From positions 1 to 37,086 of the forward strand of contig JBDRRP010000120.1 of the NCBI GenBank assembly GCA_043825735.1: a DNA stretch of 37,086 nucleotides. Direction: 5' to 3'. Positions 8,434-18,097 of this stretch are shown here, one piece after another. This DNA is from Pseudomonadota bacterium (GTDB taxonomy: Bacteria; Desulfobacterota; Desulfobacteria; Desulfobacterales; JBDRRP01). The notes beneath the pieces are model-generated. The model was given only the letters and a program-made list of their open reading frames with translations, was not told the origin of the DNA and searched no databases. The translations under genes were made by a program, and so were the position numbers. The stretch's first letter is position 1, and the number at the start of each line of letters is the position of its first letter.

Positions 8434-8777
8434 ACCGCCTCACCTGTAACCGCCCGATGAACGCATCGCCCTGTACAGGATCTCGAAATTTAATTGTCTA
8501 CCCCAGCCGATATCAATAGACAATACTGAATAACTACTTATTAATACGTACGTAGCCAGACGCACAGACGGGGCATGCCTCCGATCGTCAGCACCGCAGG
8601 CATCCCGGGCGCCCATCGACAAATGCCATTTTTCGGCTTCCGGAAAGGGTCGCTGCGCTTTGCATTCTCCGTGACTGGGTGAGTCTGCCTGCGGCCGGTC
8701 CCGCCGGAGGCGGGGCTACAATATCGCCGAGGCCTTGCCGGCAACCGAAATCTCACATCTGCGGCAGGACACCTGCC

Positions 8778-8807
8778 TTGACAGATGGCGTAATTTTGTT
8801 AGATAAT
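8778..8807 (+). promoter_or_regulatory. Candidate sigma70 promoter of the T6SS operon
   Basis: Perfect TTGACA (8778-8783), N18 spacer, GATAAT (8802-8807), about 40 nt upstream of the tssJ start. Confidence 0.5.
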
Positions 8808-8844
8808 CAGCGTCTTGCAATTTTACTATCGGGAAAGGGGCGCC

Positions 8845-9393
8845 ATGCCAAACAAGCACGGGATTGCCATGGTCCGGGTTTTAATCGCCGTTAGCCTCCT
8901 GGCTTTTTTGACAGCGGCCTGTTCTCATGCGCCCGATCCGGCGCCGTCTTACGGATATGGCGAAAAAGGCATCAGCTTCCAGCTCGCCGCGGACAAACAG
9001 CTCAACGCCTACGACGGCGCTGCGCACTCCCTGCTCGTGGTGGTCTATCAGGTGACCGACATCAATCCGTTCAAAAAGCTCGCCCAGTCTGAAGACGGAC
9101 TGCGCACGCTGCTGGAAGTTAAAAGCGCCGATCCGAGTTTCGTGGCATCTCAAAAATTTTTCATCGAGCCCGGCGAGTCCCAAAGCCTGGTTCTCGACCG
9201 GGCGGAAAAAGCCACGTGGGTCGCCGTCGTGGCCGGTTTTTACAGATTGGTGCCTGCCAAGGCCACAAGATCATTTGAAATCCCCTTCAAAGTCGAAACC
9301 AAGGGGATCATTTTCCGCAAACAAGTGGCTGAAATCCAGCCGCTTCAGGTGAATTTGCTTCTCGGGCCCGACAGCATTCAGGAGAAAAAGTGA
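8845..9393 (+). CDS. tssJ: T6SS outer-membrane lipoprotein TssJ
   Basis: Lipobox FLTAAC; A...LN.YDG....L.VVVYQ, F.I.PGE...L.LDR......VAVVAGF. Immediately upstream of tssK; ATG after GAAAGGGG. Confidence 0.88.
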   Translation: MPNKHGIAMVRVLIAVSLLAFLTAACSHAPDPAPSYGYGEKGISFQLAADKQLNAYDGAAHSLLVVVYQVTDINPFKKLAQSEDGLRTLLEVKSADPSFVASQKFFIEPGESQSLVLDRAEKATWVAVVAGFYRLVPAKATRSFEIPFKVETKGIIFRKQVAEIQPLQVNLLLGPDSIQEKK

Positions 9394-10787
9394 ACCAGGA
9401 CCCCAAAAGACCACTGTTCTGGCACCAGGGCCTGTTCCTCCAGCCCCAACACTTTCAGCAACTCGATCTGTATTTCCAGGGGCTCTTGTCCCCCCTGGCC
9501 AGTGCTCCGACCCCGTTTTTCTGGGGAGTGAATCGGCTGGAAATACAGGCGGCCGCCCTCCAGCAGCGGGTCTTCGAAATTCAAAAGACAGAGATCATCT
9601 TCCCCGATTTCACGTGGACCGCGGTCCCCGGCAACGCGGTGGTCTCTTCCCGATCCTTTGCCGATGTCGCCTTCACCGAGATGGACAAACCCTTCAGGGT
9701 GTTTCTCGGCCTGCGCAAATGGAATGCGTCGGGAGGCAATGTCACCGACGCCACACCACCGAACGACTTCTTTTCTCTGGGAACGCGGTATCTTTGCCCC
9801 CCGGATCCCGAAAACACGACAGACCTGCATGCCGACGGCCCTGCGGCCAGCGTCCGGTTCATGAACCACGTGCTGAAAATCTTCTGGGAGACCGAAAGCG
9901 AGGGGCTGGGAGACTACTGGCTGATCCCCATCGCGCAACTGGTGCTCGATGGCACCGATGTGCGCCTTTCCCGAGAGTTCATCCCTCCGGTATTTACCAT
10001 CGGGGGCTCTATCGATCTGCTGAACATGATCAAAGGGATGACCGAACAGATCACCGGCCGGGGACGCGCCCTGGAGTCCTACAAGCTTTCACGGGATGTT
10101 CAGCCCTCGGGCACGGAGAGCAGCTATCTGCGCTATCAGATGGCACTGATGGTTTTAAATCGCTATATCCCGCTGCTCCACCACATGGTAACGACCCCCG
10201 TCAGTCATCCCTGGACCGTCTACGGTGTGCTGCGCCAACTGGTGGGAGAGCTGAGCGCCTTCACCGACCGCATCGACGCCCTGGGGCGACTGATGGACGG
10301 CAGCGCCTTGCTGCCCGCCTACGATCATCACGGGCTGTCCGGCTGTTTCAAGGACGCCGGCACGCTGATCGGAGAACTTCTCAGCGCCATCATCGTCGGC
10401 GGTGAAAACGTGGTCCACCTCTCCCGGGAGGGCAGCCAGTTTGTGGGACACATCCCTGTGGATGTCCTCACGGAGCGCAATATGTTCTGCCTGGTGATCA
10501 AGACCACTGCGCCGCCCGACCCGGTGGTCAATGCACTGCAGCATATCGCCAAAGTGGGCAGCTCAGAGGAAATGCCCACGCTGCTCAGCCGGGCACTGCC
10601 CGGCGTACCGCTGGACCACCGCCCCACGCCGCCGCCGGGGATTCCCAAACGTCCGGATTCGTTGTTTTTCATGATGGACCGGGGACATCCCCAGTGGCAG
10701 GAAATCAAACGCACCGGCAATATCTGCCTCAACTGGGACGACGCACCGGAGGATGCCACGGCACAGATCGTCATTTCACCCGTTTGA
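9390..10787 (+). CDS. tssK: T6SS baseplate subunit TssK
   Basis: LFWHQGLFLQPQHFQQ, FWGV..LEI, FIPP, HP...Y..L..L.GEL..F, P.YDH, KVGS, ALPG.PL. GTG overlaps the tssJ stop. Confidence 0.95.
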   Translation: MNQDPKRPLFWHQGLFLQPQHFQQLDLYFQGLLSPLASAPTPFFWGVNRLEIQAAALQQRVFEIQKTEIIFPDFTWTAVPGNAVVSSRSFADVAFTEMDKPFRVFLGLRKWNASGGNVTDATPPNDFFSLGTRYLCPPDPENTTDLHADGPAASVRFMNHVLKIFWETESEGLGDYWLIPIAQLVLDGTDVRLSREFIPPVFTIGGSIDLLNMIKGMTEQITGRGRALESYKLSRDVQPSGTESSYLRYQMALMVLNRYIPLLHHMVTTPVSHPWTVYGVLRQLVGELSAFTDRIDALGRLMDGSALLPAYDHHGLSGCFKDAGTLIGELLSAIIVGGENVVHLSREGSQFVGHIPVDVLTERNMFCLVIKTTAPPDPVVNALQHIAKVGSSEEMPTLLSRALPGVPLDHRPTPPPGIPKRPDSLFFMMDRGHPQWQEIKRTGNICLNWDDAPEDATAQIVISPV

Positions 10788-10824
10788 AAAGCACCCAGCG
10801 ACCCATACCGGGCAAAGGAAACGC

Positions 10825-11493
10825 ATGCGCCTGCTTGACTGTTTTTCGGAGCTGATCGCCTATACCGGCTACATCATCGACAGCGCGGCCACAGACGCCT
10901 TCGCCTTTGAAGACACCGCCGAACGCTATCGACTGCTGGTCGCCCGCAGCCGGCAGTGCGCCCAGGCCGGTGGTATCGACGATGCCCGCTGGCAGCAGGG
11001 ATTCTTCGCCGCCTGCGCGTGGATCGACGAGAGCCTTCTGTGCTCGGCATGGCCGCAGCGGGAAAAATGGGCGGCATCCCAGCTTCAGAAACAGTATTTC
11101 AACACCACCGCCGCCGGCGAAGCATTCTACGACCGGCTGGACGCTCTGGAAGAGGACGCCGGCGATCTTCGCGAAGTGTACGCCGTCTGTCTGGCGCTGG
11201 GGTTCAAGGGGCGGTATTTTCGGAGCTCCGACCTGGGCCGCCTGGAAGATGTGCGCTACACCAATTTAAAACGCGTTACGGAGGATACCGCTCTGTCGTT
11301 TCCCGAAACCCTCTTTCCCGATGCCTACGCAGCGCCGCCCGCCGGCAAATGGCGCCGCAAGAAGTGGCGTGGCCTGTCGGTCTTCTCCGCCATAGTGATC
11401 CTCATCCCGGTCCTGGCCTTTGCCGCGTTGTATGTATTCTTTGACAACGTGTTGACCCGCACCATTCAAGCCTACTTCGGCGCTGGGGCCTGA
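10825..11493 (+). CDS. tssL: T6SS inner-membrane protein TssL (DotU family, no OmpA domain)
   Basis: FAACAWIDE, W....LQ..YF.T..AGE.FY..L, EVY..CLALGF.GRY, C-terminal TM helix. ATG 10825 follows AAGGAA. Confidence 0.93.
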   Translation: MRLLDCFSELIAYTGYIIDSAATDAFAFEDTAERYRLLVARSRQCAQAGGIDDARWQQGFFAACAWIDESLLCSAWPQREKWAASQLQKQYFNTTAAGEAFYDRLDALEEDAGDLREVYAVCLALGFKGRYFRSSDLGRLEDVRYTNLKRVTEDTALSFPETLFPDAYAAPPAGKWRRKKWRGLSVFSAIVILIPVLAFAALYVFFDNVLTRTIQAYFGAGA

Positions 11494-11501
11494 ACCGACC
11501 T

Positions 11502-14500
11502 ATGGGCAAAATCCTCCTAAAAATCCTCAAAGTCCTGGCCGTCATCCTTCTGATCGCCATCGCCGGCGGCCTGCTCTACTGGCTCTGCCGGAAGCAGGGC
11601 TGGCCGCTGTGGGTGGGCGGCGCCATCCTGGCCGGCCTCATCGGCGCCGTCGTCGCCTTTTTGTTTATTAAAAAACACCTCCTGCGCAGCCGGGAGAAAA
11701 AATTCGTCCAACGGGTCATCGAGCAGGACCAGAGCGCCATCAAGATGTCTCCGGCCAAAGATCGCCAGCAACTGCTGGACCTCCAGGATAGCTGGAAGGA
11801 AGCCATCGGGCGCCTGCAGCAGTCGAAATTGAGAAAACTGGGCAATCCGCTCTACGTACTGCCGTGGTACCTGATTCTGGGTGAATCCGGATCGGGCAAG
11901 ACTTCGGCCGTGAAAAACGCCCGCATCGACTCTTCCATGACCGAAGTCAGCCGCTCGGCCGGCATCTCCGGGACGCGCAACTGTGACTGGTGGTTTTTCG
12001 ACGAAGGCGTCATCCTGGACACGGCTGGCCGGTATGCCGTCCCCGTGGACGAGGGGCAGGACCTGGAAGAATGGAAACAGTTTCTCGTTCTGCTCAGCCA
12101 ATACCGGAAAAAGGAGCCCCTTAACGGCGTGGTGGTCACCATCGCCGCGGACAAACTGCTCACGTCGGACGATGCCGCCCTCAGGGAAGAGGGGCACTGC
12201 ATCCGCCAGCGCATCGACCAGATGATGCGCACCATGGGCGTGCAGTTTCCCGTCTACCTGCTCATCACCAAGATGGACCTGGTGCATGGATTCGTAGACT
12301 TCAGCAGCCTGCTGCCCGGCGCCTCCCTGGCCCAGGCCATGGGCTTTACCCACAGCGCCCCCCACCCTCACTGGCAGGAAGTCCTGTCCCTGGCGATGAC
12401 CCGGATCGCTGGAAGCCTCAAAGACCTGCGTCTGGTGGTACTGCACAAAACCCCCCGGCCCGCTCCCGGCGTCGTCATCTTTCCCAACGAGTTTGAAAGA
12501 CTGCAGGGCGGCCTGTCAGGCTTTCTCAATGCGCTGTTTGAGGAAAATACCTATCAGGAAACCCCCCTGCTTCGGGGTCTGTACTTCACCAGCGCCGTTC
12601 GCAGCGGGCGGCCGGTATCGGATTTTCTGCAGACCACCGGTGTTGAGCCACCGGCAGGCGCCCCCGATTCGGGCGCCGGCGTGTTTATCAAAGATTTTTT
12701 CTCGAGCATTCTGCCCGCCGATCGCAATCTGTTCAGCCCCCTTAAGGAATACGTCCTGTGGCGACGACTGACGCAGCAACTGGGATTGGTGGCCTGGCTG
12801 CTGATCGGCGCGTGCGCCTGCGGCCTGCTGACCTTTTCCTTTTATAAAAACTATACCGTCCTGGACAACTTCCGTACGTTTTTTTTCGATCCCCCCAAGC
12901 TGAGCGACAACCGCGGTGCTGACCTGATCATGCTGGACAAGATGCGGCTTGAAATCCTCAATATGGAGGAAGCCAACCGGCGGTGGTGGTTGCCGCGGTT
13001 GGGCCTTAGCCACAGCCGCGAAGTGGAGACGCGGTTGAAAAATCAATTTACGCGCCTGTTCAACGGCGGCTTTCTCATCCCCCTCGACTACTGGCTGGGC
13101 AACCGGATCAACGAGGTATCCCAAAAGACGCCCGAAGATGTTTTCGCAGACTACATCGGTTATGTGGTGGCCCGTATCAGCGTGCTGGAAGAACATCTCG
13201 CCGGCAAACGCCTCACCGATGAAGACACCTTCCAGCGCATCACCACCGCCCTCATTCAGGGCCGCGACAAAAACACCGCCCAGGAGGTAGCCGGCGAGTT
13301 TGCCAACATCTACTACGCCTACCTCGCCTGGGGCCGGGACCGCGCCGACTCCCAGGAAAGTGTGGAAACGCTGCGGCGCGCGCTCATCCAGCTGCTCTCC
13401 AAAAAAGGGGCCGACCTCAGATGGCTCGTTGAAAAGTGGGTGCCGGGCGAGCCGGGCTTGCACCTGAACGACTTCTGGGGGGCGGCCGCCATCGGTCAGT
13501 CGCAGGGAAAAGTGGTCATCCCGGGGGGGTTCACCGAAAAAGGCCGAAAAAACATCGGATCCTTTATCGAAAAGATTTCGGTGGCGCTGGGCGATGGCGC
13601 CATGAAAGCCACCTTTCAGAACAACACAAAAGAATTTTGGATCTGGTACCGGCAGGAATTCTATTACATCTGGGAATCGTTCATCAAGGATTTTCACCAG
13701 GCCTCGGTGCGCATCGACTCGATTGCCGGATGGCAACGGCTGGTGGGCCTCATGAGCACCCGCCAGAACCCCTACTTTCTGCTGCTCAACCGGGCGGCCG
13801 ATGAAATCGCCGCCATGAAGCCAGATAAAGATGCCCCCCAATGGGCGCGCCTGATCGTCGCGCTCAAGAGTATCCGGGACCTCGCCGAGGCCCAGCGCGC
13901 CAAACAGCAGCAGGGAGGCTCTCTGGCCGGCTCCCTGAAAGTGAAAACCGAAGAACTCAAGGGCCAGGCACTGGCCACCATCGACCCGGCAGAGGCCCGC
14001 GAGCAAGAAAACAGGCTCGCCCAGGCCGGAGCCATGGAGGCTTTTCTGGAGGCCATGGGCAAGCTTGAAGGGACTGTGGCATCCCAGAAGCAAGCCTTCG
14101 ACAGCTACGCGGCCTGCTTCTCCTATCTCGACGCCAAGGGCGGGGCGGGCGCGCCGTCTGCCTTCACCACCGCTTATGACAGTTACTACAAGCTGAAAAA
14201 CACCCTGTTTACCCTCAAGGATGTCCCGGTGGTCTGGGATCTCATTTTCGGGCCGCTCGATTTCATCATGGCCTATGCGGCCGATGAATCGGCATGTTTT
14301 CTCCAGGATCAGTGGGAAGAACAGGTGCTCGGGGCTATCGAGGGCGCAGACCCGGCAAAAGTTTCCAAACTGCTTTTCGACAAGACCAGCGGGGTGGTCT
14401 GGGCGTTTGCCAACGGCACGGCAAAACCCTTTCTGGGGCGTAACAAAAACGGATACTTCGCCCGCAGCGATTTCAGGAAAAACCAACTGCCGCTGTCCGG

Positions 14501-15005
14501 GGCGTTCATCCACTTTTTGAATGCGGGCGCCGATGCGGCCATCGATGCGCAGCCGTCCTACAGCGTGACCCTGGCGACCGTCCCGATCTCCGTCAACGCC
14601 GGCGCCGGGATCAAACCCTATGGTAACCTGCTGGCGGTGGACTGCTCGGAAAAGGGGTTGTCGCTGGATAACTACAACTTCCCCAACAGCGCCGCCTTCA
14701 GTTGGGCGCCGGACACGTGCGGAGATACGACCCTGCGCATTGTGTTTCAAGATCTGACCCTGGAAAAACGCTACCCGGGCCCCCTGGGATTTGCCGGTTT
14801 CCTGAAAGCTTTCAGAGACGGCACCCTGAAATTCACGCCCAACGACTTTCCGGAGCACGCTTCGGCCATCAAACGCATGGGAATCTCATGGATACGGGTC
14901 GCCTATAATATTACGGGCGCCGCGCCCGTTATCCAGTTGCTGTCGCAAACGCCCACCGAAGTCCCCGCCGAGATCGTTCCCTGCTGGTCACGGAGTCATC
15001 AGTGA
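11502..15005 (+). CDS. tssM: T6SS membrane core protein TssM (IcmF)
   Basis: 1167 aa; N-terminal TMs, LY.LPWYL.LG, Walker A GESGSGKT, CDWWF, DTAGRY, PLNGVVV, FPVYL..TK.D, RGLYFTS. Confidence 0.95.
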   Translation: MGKILLKILKVLAVILLIAIAGGLLYWLCRKQGWPLWVGGAILAGLIGAVVAFLFIKKHLLRSREKKFVQRVIEQDQSAIKMSPAKDRQQLLDLQDSWKEAIGRLQQSKLRKLGNPLYVLPWYLILGESGSGKTSAVKNARIDSSMTEVSRSAGISGTRNCDWWFFDEGVILDTAGRYAVPVDEGQDLEEWKQFLVLLSQYRKKEPLNGVVVTIAADKLLTSDDAALREEGHCIRQRIDQMMRTMGVQFPVYLLITKMDLVHGFVDFSSLLPGASLAQAMGFTHSAPHPHWQEVLSLAMTRIAGSLKDLRLVVLHKTPRPAPGVVIFPNEFERLQGGLSGFLNALFEENTYQETPLLRGLYFTSAVRSGRPVSDFLQTTGVEPPAGAPDSGAGVFIKDFFSSILPADRNLFSPLKEYVLWRRLTQQLGLVAWLLIGACACGLLTFSFYKNYTVLDNFRTFFFDPPKLSDNRGADLIMLDKMRLEILNMEEANRRWWLPRLGLSHSREVETRLKNQFTRLFNGGFLIPLDYWLGNRINEVSQKTPEDVFADYIGYVVARISVLEEHLAGKRLTDEDTFQRITTALIQGRDKNTAQEVAGEFANIYYAYLAWGRDRADSQESVETLRRALIQLLSKKGADLRWLVEKWVPGEPGLHLNDFWGAAAIGQSQGKVVIPGGFTEKGRKNIGSFIEKISVALGDGAMKATFQNNTKEFWIWYRQEFYYIWESFIKDFHQASVRIDSIAGWQRLVGLMSTRQNPYFLLLNRAADEIAAMKPDKDAPQWARLIVALKSIRDLAEAQRAKQQQGGSLAGSLKVKTEELKGQALATIDPAEAREQENRLAQAGAMEAFLEAMGKLEGTVASQKQAFDSYAACFSYLDAKGGAGAPSAFTTAYDSYYKLKNTLFTLKDVPVVWDLIFGPLDFIMAYAADESACFLQDQWEEQVLGAIEGADPAKVSKLLFDKTSGVVWAFANGTAKPFLGRNKNGYFARSDFRKNQLPLSGAFIHFLNAGADAAIDAQPSYSVTLATVPISVNAGAGIKPYGNLLAVDCSEKGLSLDNYNFPNSAAFSWAPDTCGDTTLRIVFQDLTLEKRYPGPLGFAGFLKAFRDGTLKFTPNDFPEHASAIKRMGISWIRVAYNITGAAPVIQLLSQTPTEVPAEIVPCWSRSHQ

Positions 15006-15739
15006 CCGGGTGGCAGTGCGGATTGCTGGGAAAACACCCCGCATCGCCGGACTATCTCTGCCTGGGGCCGGCCGCCCATCAACTGGCGGCCGTCTTTTCA
15101 TGGATCCGGGCCGGTTTCACCGTACCGGTGCTCAAGGCGCTGGCTGCGCACCCCGTGGCGGCCGGCTGGTGCTTTTGGATGCTGCCGGAGGGGGAAACCC
15201 GGCTGATCTGCGGCGTTTTCAAGGCAAGCTGCGACAGCTGCGGGCGCCCCGCGCCCCTGCTCATCGCCGGCGCCGGAAGGACGGTGGCCGCTGAAGAGAC
15301 CTGGGATGCGCTGACAGAGGCCAGCGGCGACACCTGGAAAGAAATGGAGACATTGGCCGACGGCCGGCACTACAGCGCCGAGACACTGACGGACGGCCTG
15401 GCACGGATTCCGGCCCCGCCTGAAAAATTGCGAGCACCTCGTCTCGACAGTGTGGAAAAGGCCCTTATCATGGAAGAGGTTGGGCGGCATCTCAAGGCGG
15501 CCCGCGCTTCACGGCGCATCGGGGTCCGGCTCGAAGGCGATCGATACAATCGCTGGCAGCGACTCCTGGGGTGGCAACGGGCCTTGCAGGAAAAAATGCC
15601 CATCGCCCCTTACAGCCTTTTCTACTGTGAACCGGCAGGACATTTTGAACTTTTTTACCGTCCCCTCAACCGAAGGGACGGGATCCGCCTCATCGAAATT
15701 GCATTGAGCCGGCACAGCACGGCTTTTCCGGAGGATTGA
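15002..15739 (+). CDS. tagF: T6SS-associated TagF-like protein
   Basis: GLLGKHP...DY, W.F, GV...S.D..GR..PL motifs; located right after tssM. Confidence 0.78.
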   Translation: MTGWQCGLLGKHPASPDYLCLGPAAHQLAAVFSWIRAGFTVPVLKALAAHPVAAGWCFWMLPEGETRLICGVFKASCDSCGRPAPLLIAGAGRTVAAEETWDALTEASGDTWKEMETLADGRHYSAETLTDGLARIPAPPEKLRAPRLDSVEKALIMEEVGRHLKAARASRRIGVRLEGDRYNRWQRLLGWQRALQEKMPIAPYSLFYCEPAGHFELFYRPLNRRDGIRLIEIALSRHSTAFPED

Positions 15740-17325
15740 TGGAAATAGCGGCATTGGGGCAAGAGCCCATATCAGAGCAGGCCCCGGCGGGATCGGACGT
15801 CCGCTTTGAGCCCGATTTTGAAGCGCTTTCCCGCGAGGTGGAGAAATTGGCCTCACCTACGGCCGGCGGTGCGGTCGACTGGCAACGGGTCGCCGATCTC
15901 TCTCAAAAGATCCTGGAAACGACGTCAAAGGATCTGCTGGTGGCCTGTTATTTTTGTATTGCCCTGATGCAGACCCAGGGGATTCGAGGGCTGGCGACCG
16001 GGGTCCAGGTCCTGCACGAGTTGTTGGAACATTTCTGGGACACGCTCTATCCGGCCAAAAAACGGATGAAGGGCCGGATCAATGCGCTCACGTGGTGGAA
16101 AGAACGGATCAATGCGTATCTGCCGTCGGTAAAGCCGGAGACTTGGCCCAAAACCGCGCGCGACGCCCTGCTGTCCGACTTTTCGGCGATCGACGACTTT
16201 CTCGGGAAAAATATCGATGACGCGCCGATGCTGAACGCCATGATCAGCCGCCTCACGGAGCTGATTGTCGAAGCCCAGGCTGCCCCCGATCCAAGCCCTG
16301 CGCCGCCACCGGCCCCGGCGGCAACGCCGGAAACGCCGGCGGTGGCAGCCGCGCAACAACCATCCCCACCGGCTGCCGCACCGCCGGAGGCGCCTCGGGT
16401 GCCGGCCCAAAGAAAACGATCCGTTTCCACTGACACCGCGCCCCGAACGCTCGTGGAAAACGGTCTGGATCTCCTTGACCAGGCGGCCGCCCTGTTGATG
16501 GTCGCCGATCCCTTCGATCCTGCGGTATACCGGCTCAACCGGATCGTGGCATGGTCAACCGTGGACAGCCCGCCCCCTGCCGAGGAGAGTAAAACGCTTC
16601 TGCCGCCCCCGGACACGATGGTACTGGCGGCCTTAAGCAGGCTCTATCAGGCCGGCAGTTGGCGGGATCTTTTGGATGCTGCGGAAGGCAGAATCAGAGA
16701 ATTTCTTTTCTGGCTCGATTTGAACCGGTACACGGCCGAGGCCCTCTCGCAACTGGGCCAGAGCGCCGTGGCCGATCAGGTGGCGCAGGAGACCTGGCAC
16801 TACACGCGCCGGCTGCCGGGCATCGAGACACTCCGGTTTTCAGACGGCACGGCCTTCGCCGATCCGCAAACCCGGGACTGGCTGAAGGCTCAGGGCGGCA
16901 GCAATGCCCCCGCCCCTGGCGGCTCAGGCCAGGACGCGGCGGCATCCACCATCGACACGGCGCTGGCTGAAGCCGAGGATCTGGTGCAAAAGAACAAGCT
17001 CGGCGAAGCCCTGGGCGGACTGCGGCACCGGATGGGGCAGGCCCGCTCCCTGCGGGAGCGGTTTCTCTGGCAGATGGGCATCTGCCGGCTGATGGTCAAA
17101 GCGAACAAAACCGCGCTCGCCCGCCCCTATATCGATGACTGCCTTTCCCTGATCGACCAATACCAGCTTGAAAAATGGGAGCCGGCACTGGCCGCCGATG
17201 CCCTGGCCGCTGTCATCCGGGGCCTGCGGGACGGCGGCGAAGAACCGGGCAGCGATCTCATGGTGCGAATCACCGCCAGACTTTCTTATCTGGATCCCGT
17301 GAAAGCCCTTGAAATTATGGTATGA
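15739..17325 (+). CDS. tssA: T6SS protein TssA (ImpA N-terminal domain, Pro/Ala linker, VasJ-like C-terminal domain)
   Basis: PAG.DVR.EP.FE.L..E, VDW..V, SKDLLVACY, FW.TLYP...R..GR.NA; LNR..AW, FWLDL, L.FSDGT.FAD..T..W, L..WEP.LA. TGATG overlap with tagF. Confidence 0.93.
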   Translation: MEIAALGQEPISEQAPAGSDVRFEPDFEALSREVEKLASPTAGGAVDWQRVADLSQKILETTSKDLLVACYFCIALMQTQGIRGLATGVQVLHELLEHFWDTLYPAKKRMKGRINALTWWKERINAYLPSVKPETWPKTARDALLSDFSAIDDFLGKNIDDAPMLNAMISRLTELIVEAQAAPDPSPAPPPAPAATPETPAVAAAQQPSPPAAAPPEAPRVPAQRKRSVSTDTAPRTLVENGLDLLDQAAALLMVADPFDPAVYRLNRIVAWSTVDSPPPAEESKTLLPPPDTMVLAALSRLYQAGSWRDLLDAAEGRIREFLFWLDLNRYTAEALSQLGQSAVADQVAQETWHYTRRLPGIETLRFSDGTAFADPQTRDWLKAQGGSNAPAPGGSGQDAAASTIDTALAEAEDLVQKNKLGEALGGLRHRMGQARSLRERFLWQMGICRLMVKANKTALARPYIDDCLSLIDQYQLEKWEPALAADALAAVIRGLRDGGEEPGSDLMVRITARLSYLDPVKALEIMV

Positions 17326-17540
17326 CTTGTATGATGATATGAGCTTGTGAGCGCGCTGCCTTCCAGAAGTAACGGACCCGTCCGGGTCCATGCGGTAACA
17401 AGTATAAATGAAGACCCCGCCGGCGATTTTTGATGACGTCAATCGTTCGCACGCCGCTGAAGTACCGATCGCGTGCCGGCGGCAGAATTTCGAACCGAAA
17501 AGTCAGATCTCATTGGAACCACTTAGCGAGGAGGTATCTC

Positions 17541-18026
17541 ATGGCAAAAGAAGCATCCGTAGCCCCAAAGGAAAGAGTCAACATTGTGTACCGACCGGCA
17601 ACCGGGGACGCCAAGGAAGAAACCGAGCTGCCCCTCAAGATTCTGGTCATGGGCGATTTCACCGGCCGCACCGACGAGCGGGCCGTCGAGGACCGCAAAG
17701 CCATCAATATCGACAAGGACAACTTCAATGACGTTCTTGCCTCGCAGGATCTGAAACTGCAGGCGGCGGTTAAAAACAAGCTGGGCGACGACCCGGAAGC
17801 CGAGATGGCCGTCAGCCTGGATTTCAAGAGCATGAAGGATTTTGAACCCGACGCCATCATCCGGAAAGTGCCCGAATTGGCCAAACTCGTCGAGCTTCGC
17901 GAAGCGCTGAAGGCCGTCAAGGGACCGCTGGGCAATGTACCGGAATTCAGAAAAAAGGTCAGTGAACTGGTAGCGGACCCCGACAGCAAAGCCAAACTGC
18001 TCAAAGAACTCGGCCTGGAGGAATAA
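17541..18026 (+). CDS. tssB: T6SS contractile sheath small subunit TssB (VipA)
   Basis: MAKEASVAPKERVNIVY.PATG....ELPLK..V.GDF, DF.PD, LREAL.A.KGPLGNVP.FR. Strong GGAGG RBS before ATG 17541. Confidence 0.97.
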   Translation: MAKEASVAPKERVNIVYRPATGDAKEETELPLKILVMGDFTGRTDERAVEDRKAINIDKDNFNDVLASQDLKLQAAVKNKLGDDPEAEMAVSLDFKSMKDFEPDAIIRKVPELAKLVELREALKAVKGPLGNVPEFRKKVSELVADPDSKAKLLKELGLEE

Positions 18027-18097
18027 CCGCGCCGAGCGTACCGTGACCATCAGAGCCAACGCAAAGGGCTTTTCGCAGCATAAGAGGGAGGACAGCT

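Noticed and set aside
8560..8760. c-di-GMP riboswitch or ncRNA upstream of the T6SS
   Set aside because: Only an isolated GCAAAGC on the minus strand; the remaining consensus and stems were not found.
8786..8800. Sigma54 -24/-12 promoter (TGGCGT...TTGT) before tssJ
   Set aside because: The spacing is off by one and the -12 GC is missing; the sigma70 match is better.
12516..14858. 780-aa minus-strand ORF
   Set aside because: Antisense shadow of tssM, as expected from GC-rich codon bias; no recognisable motifs.
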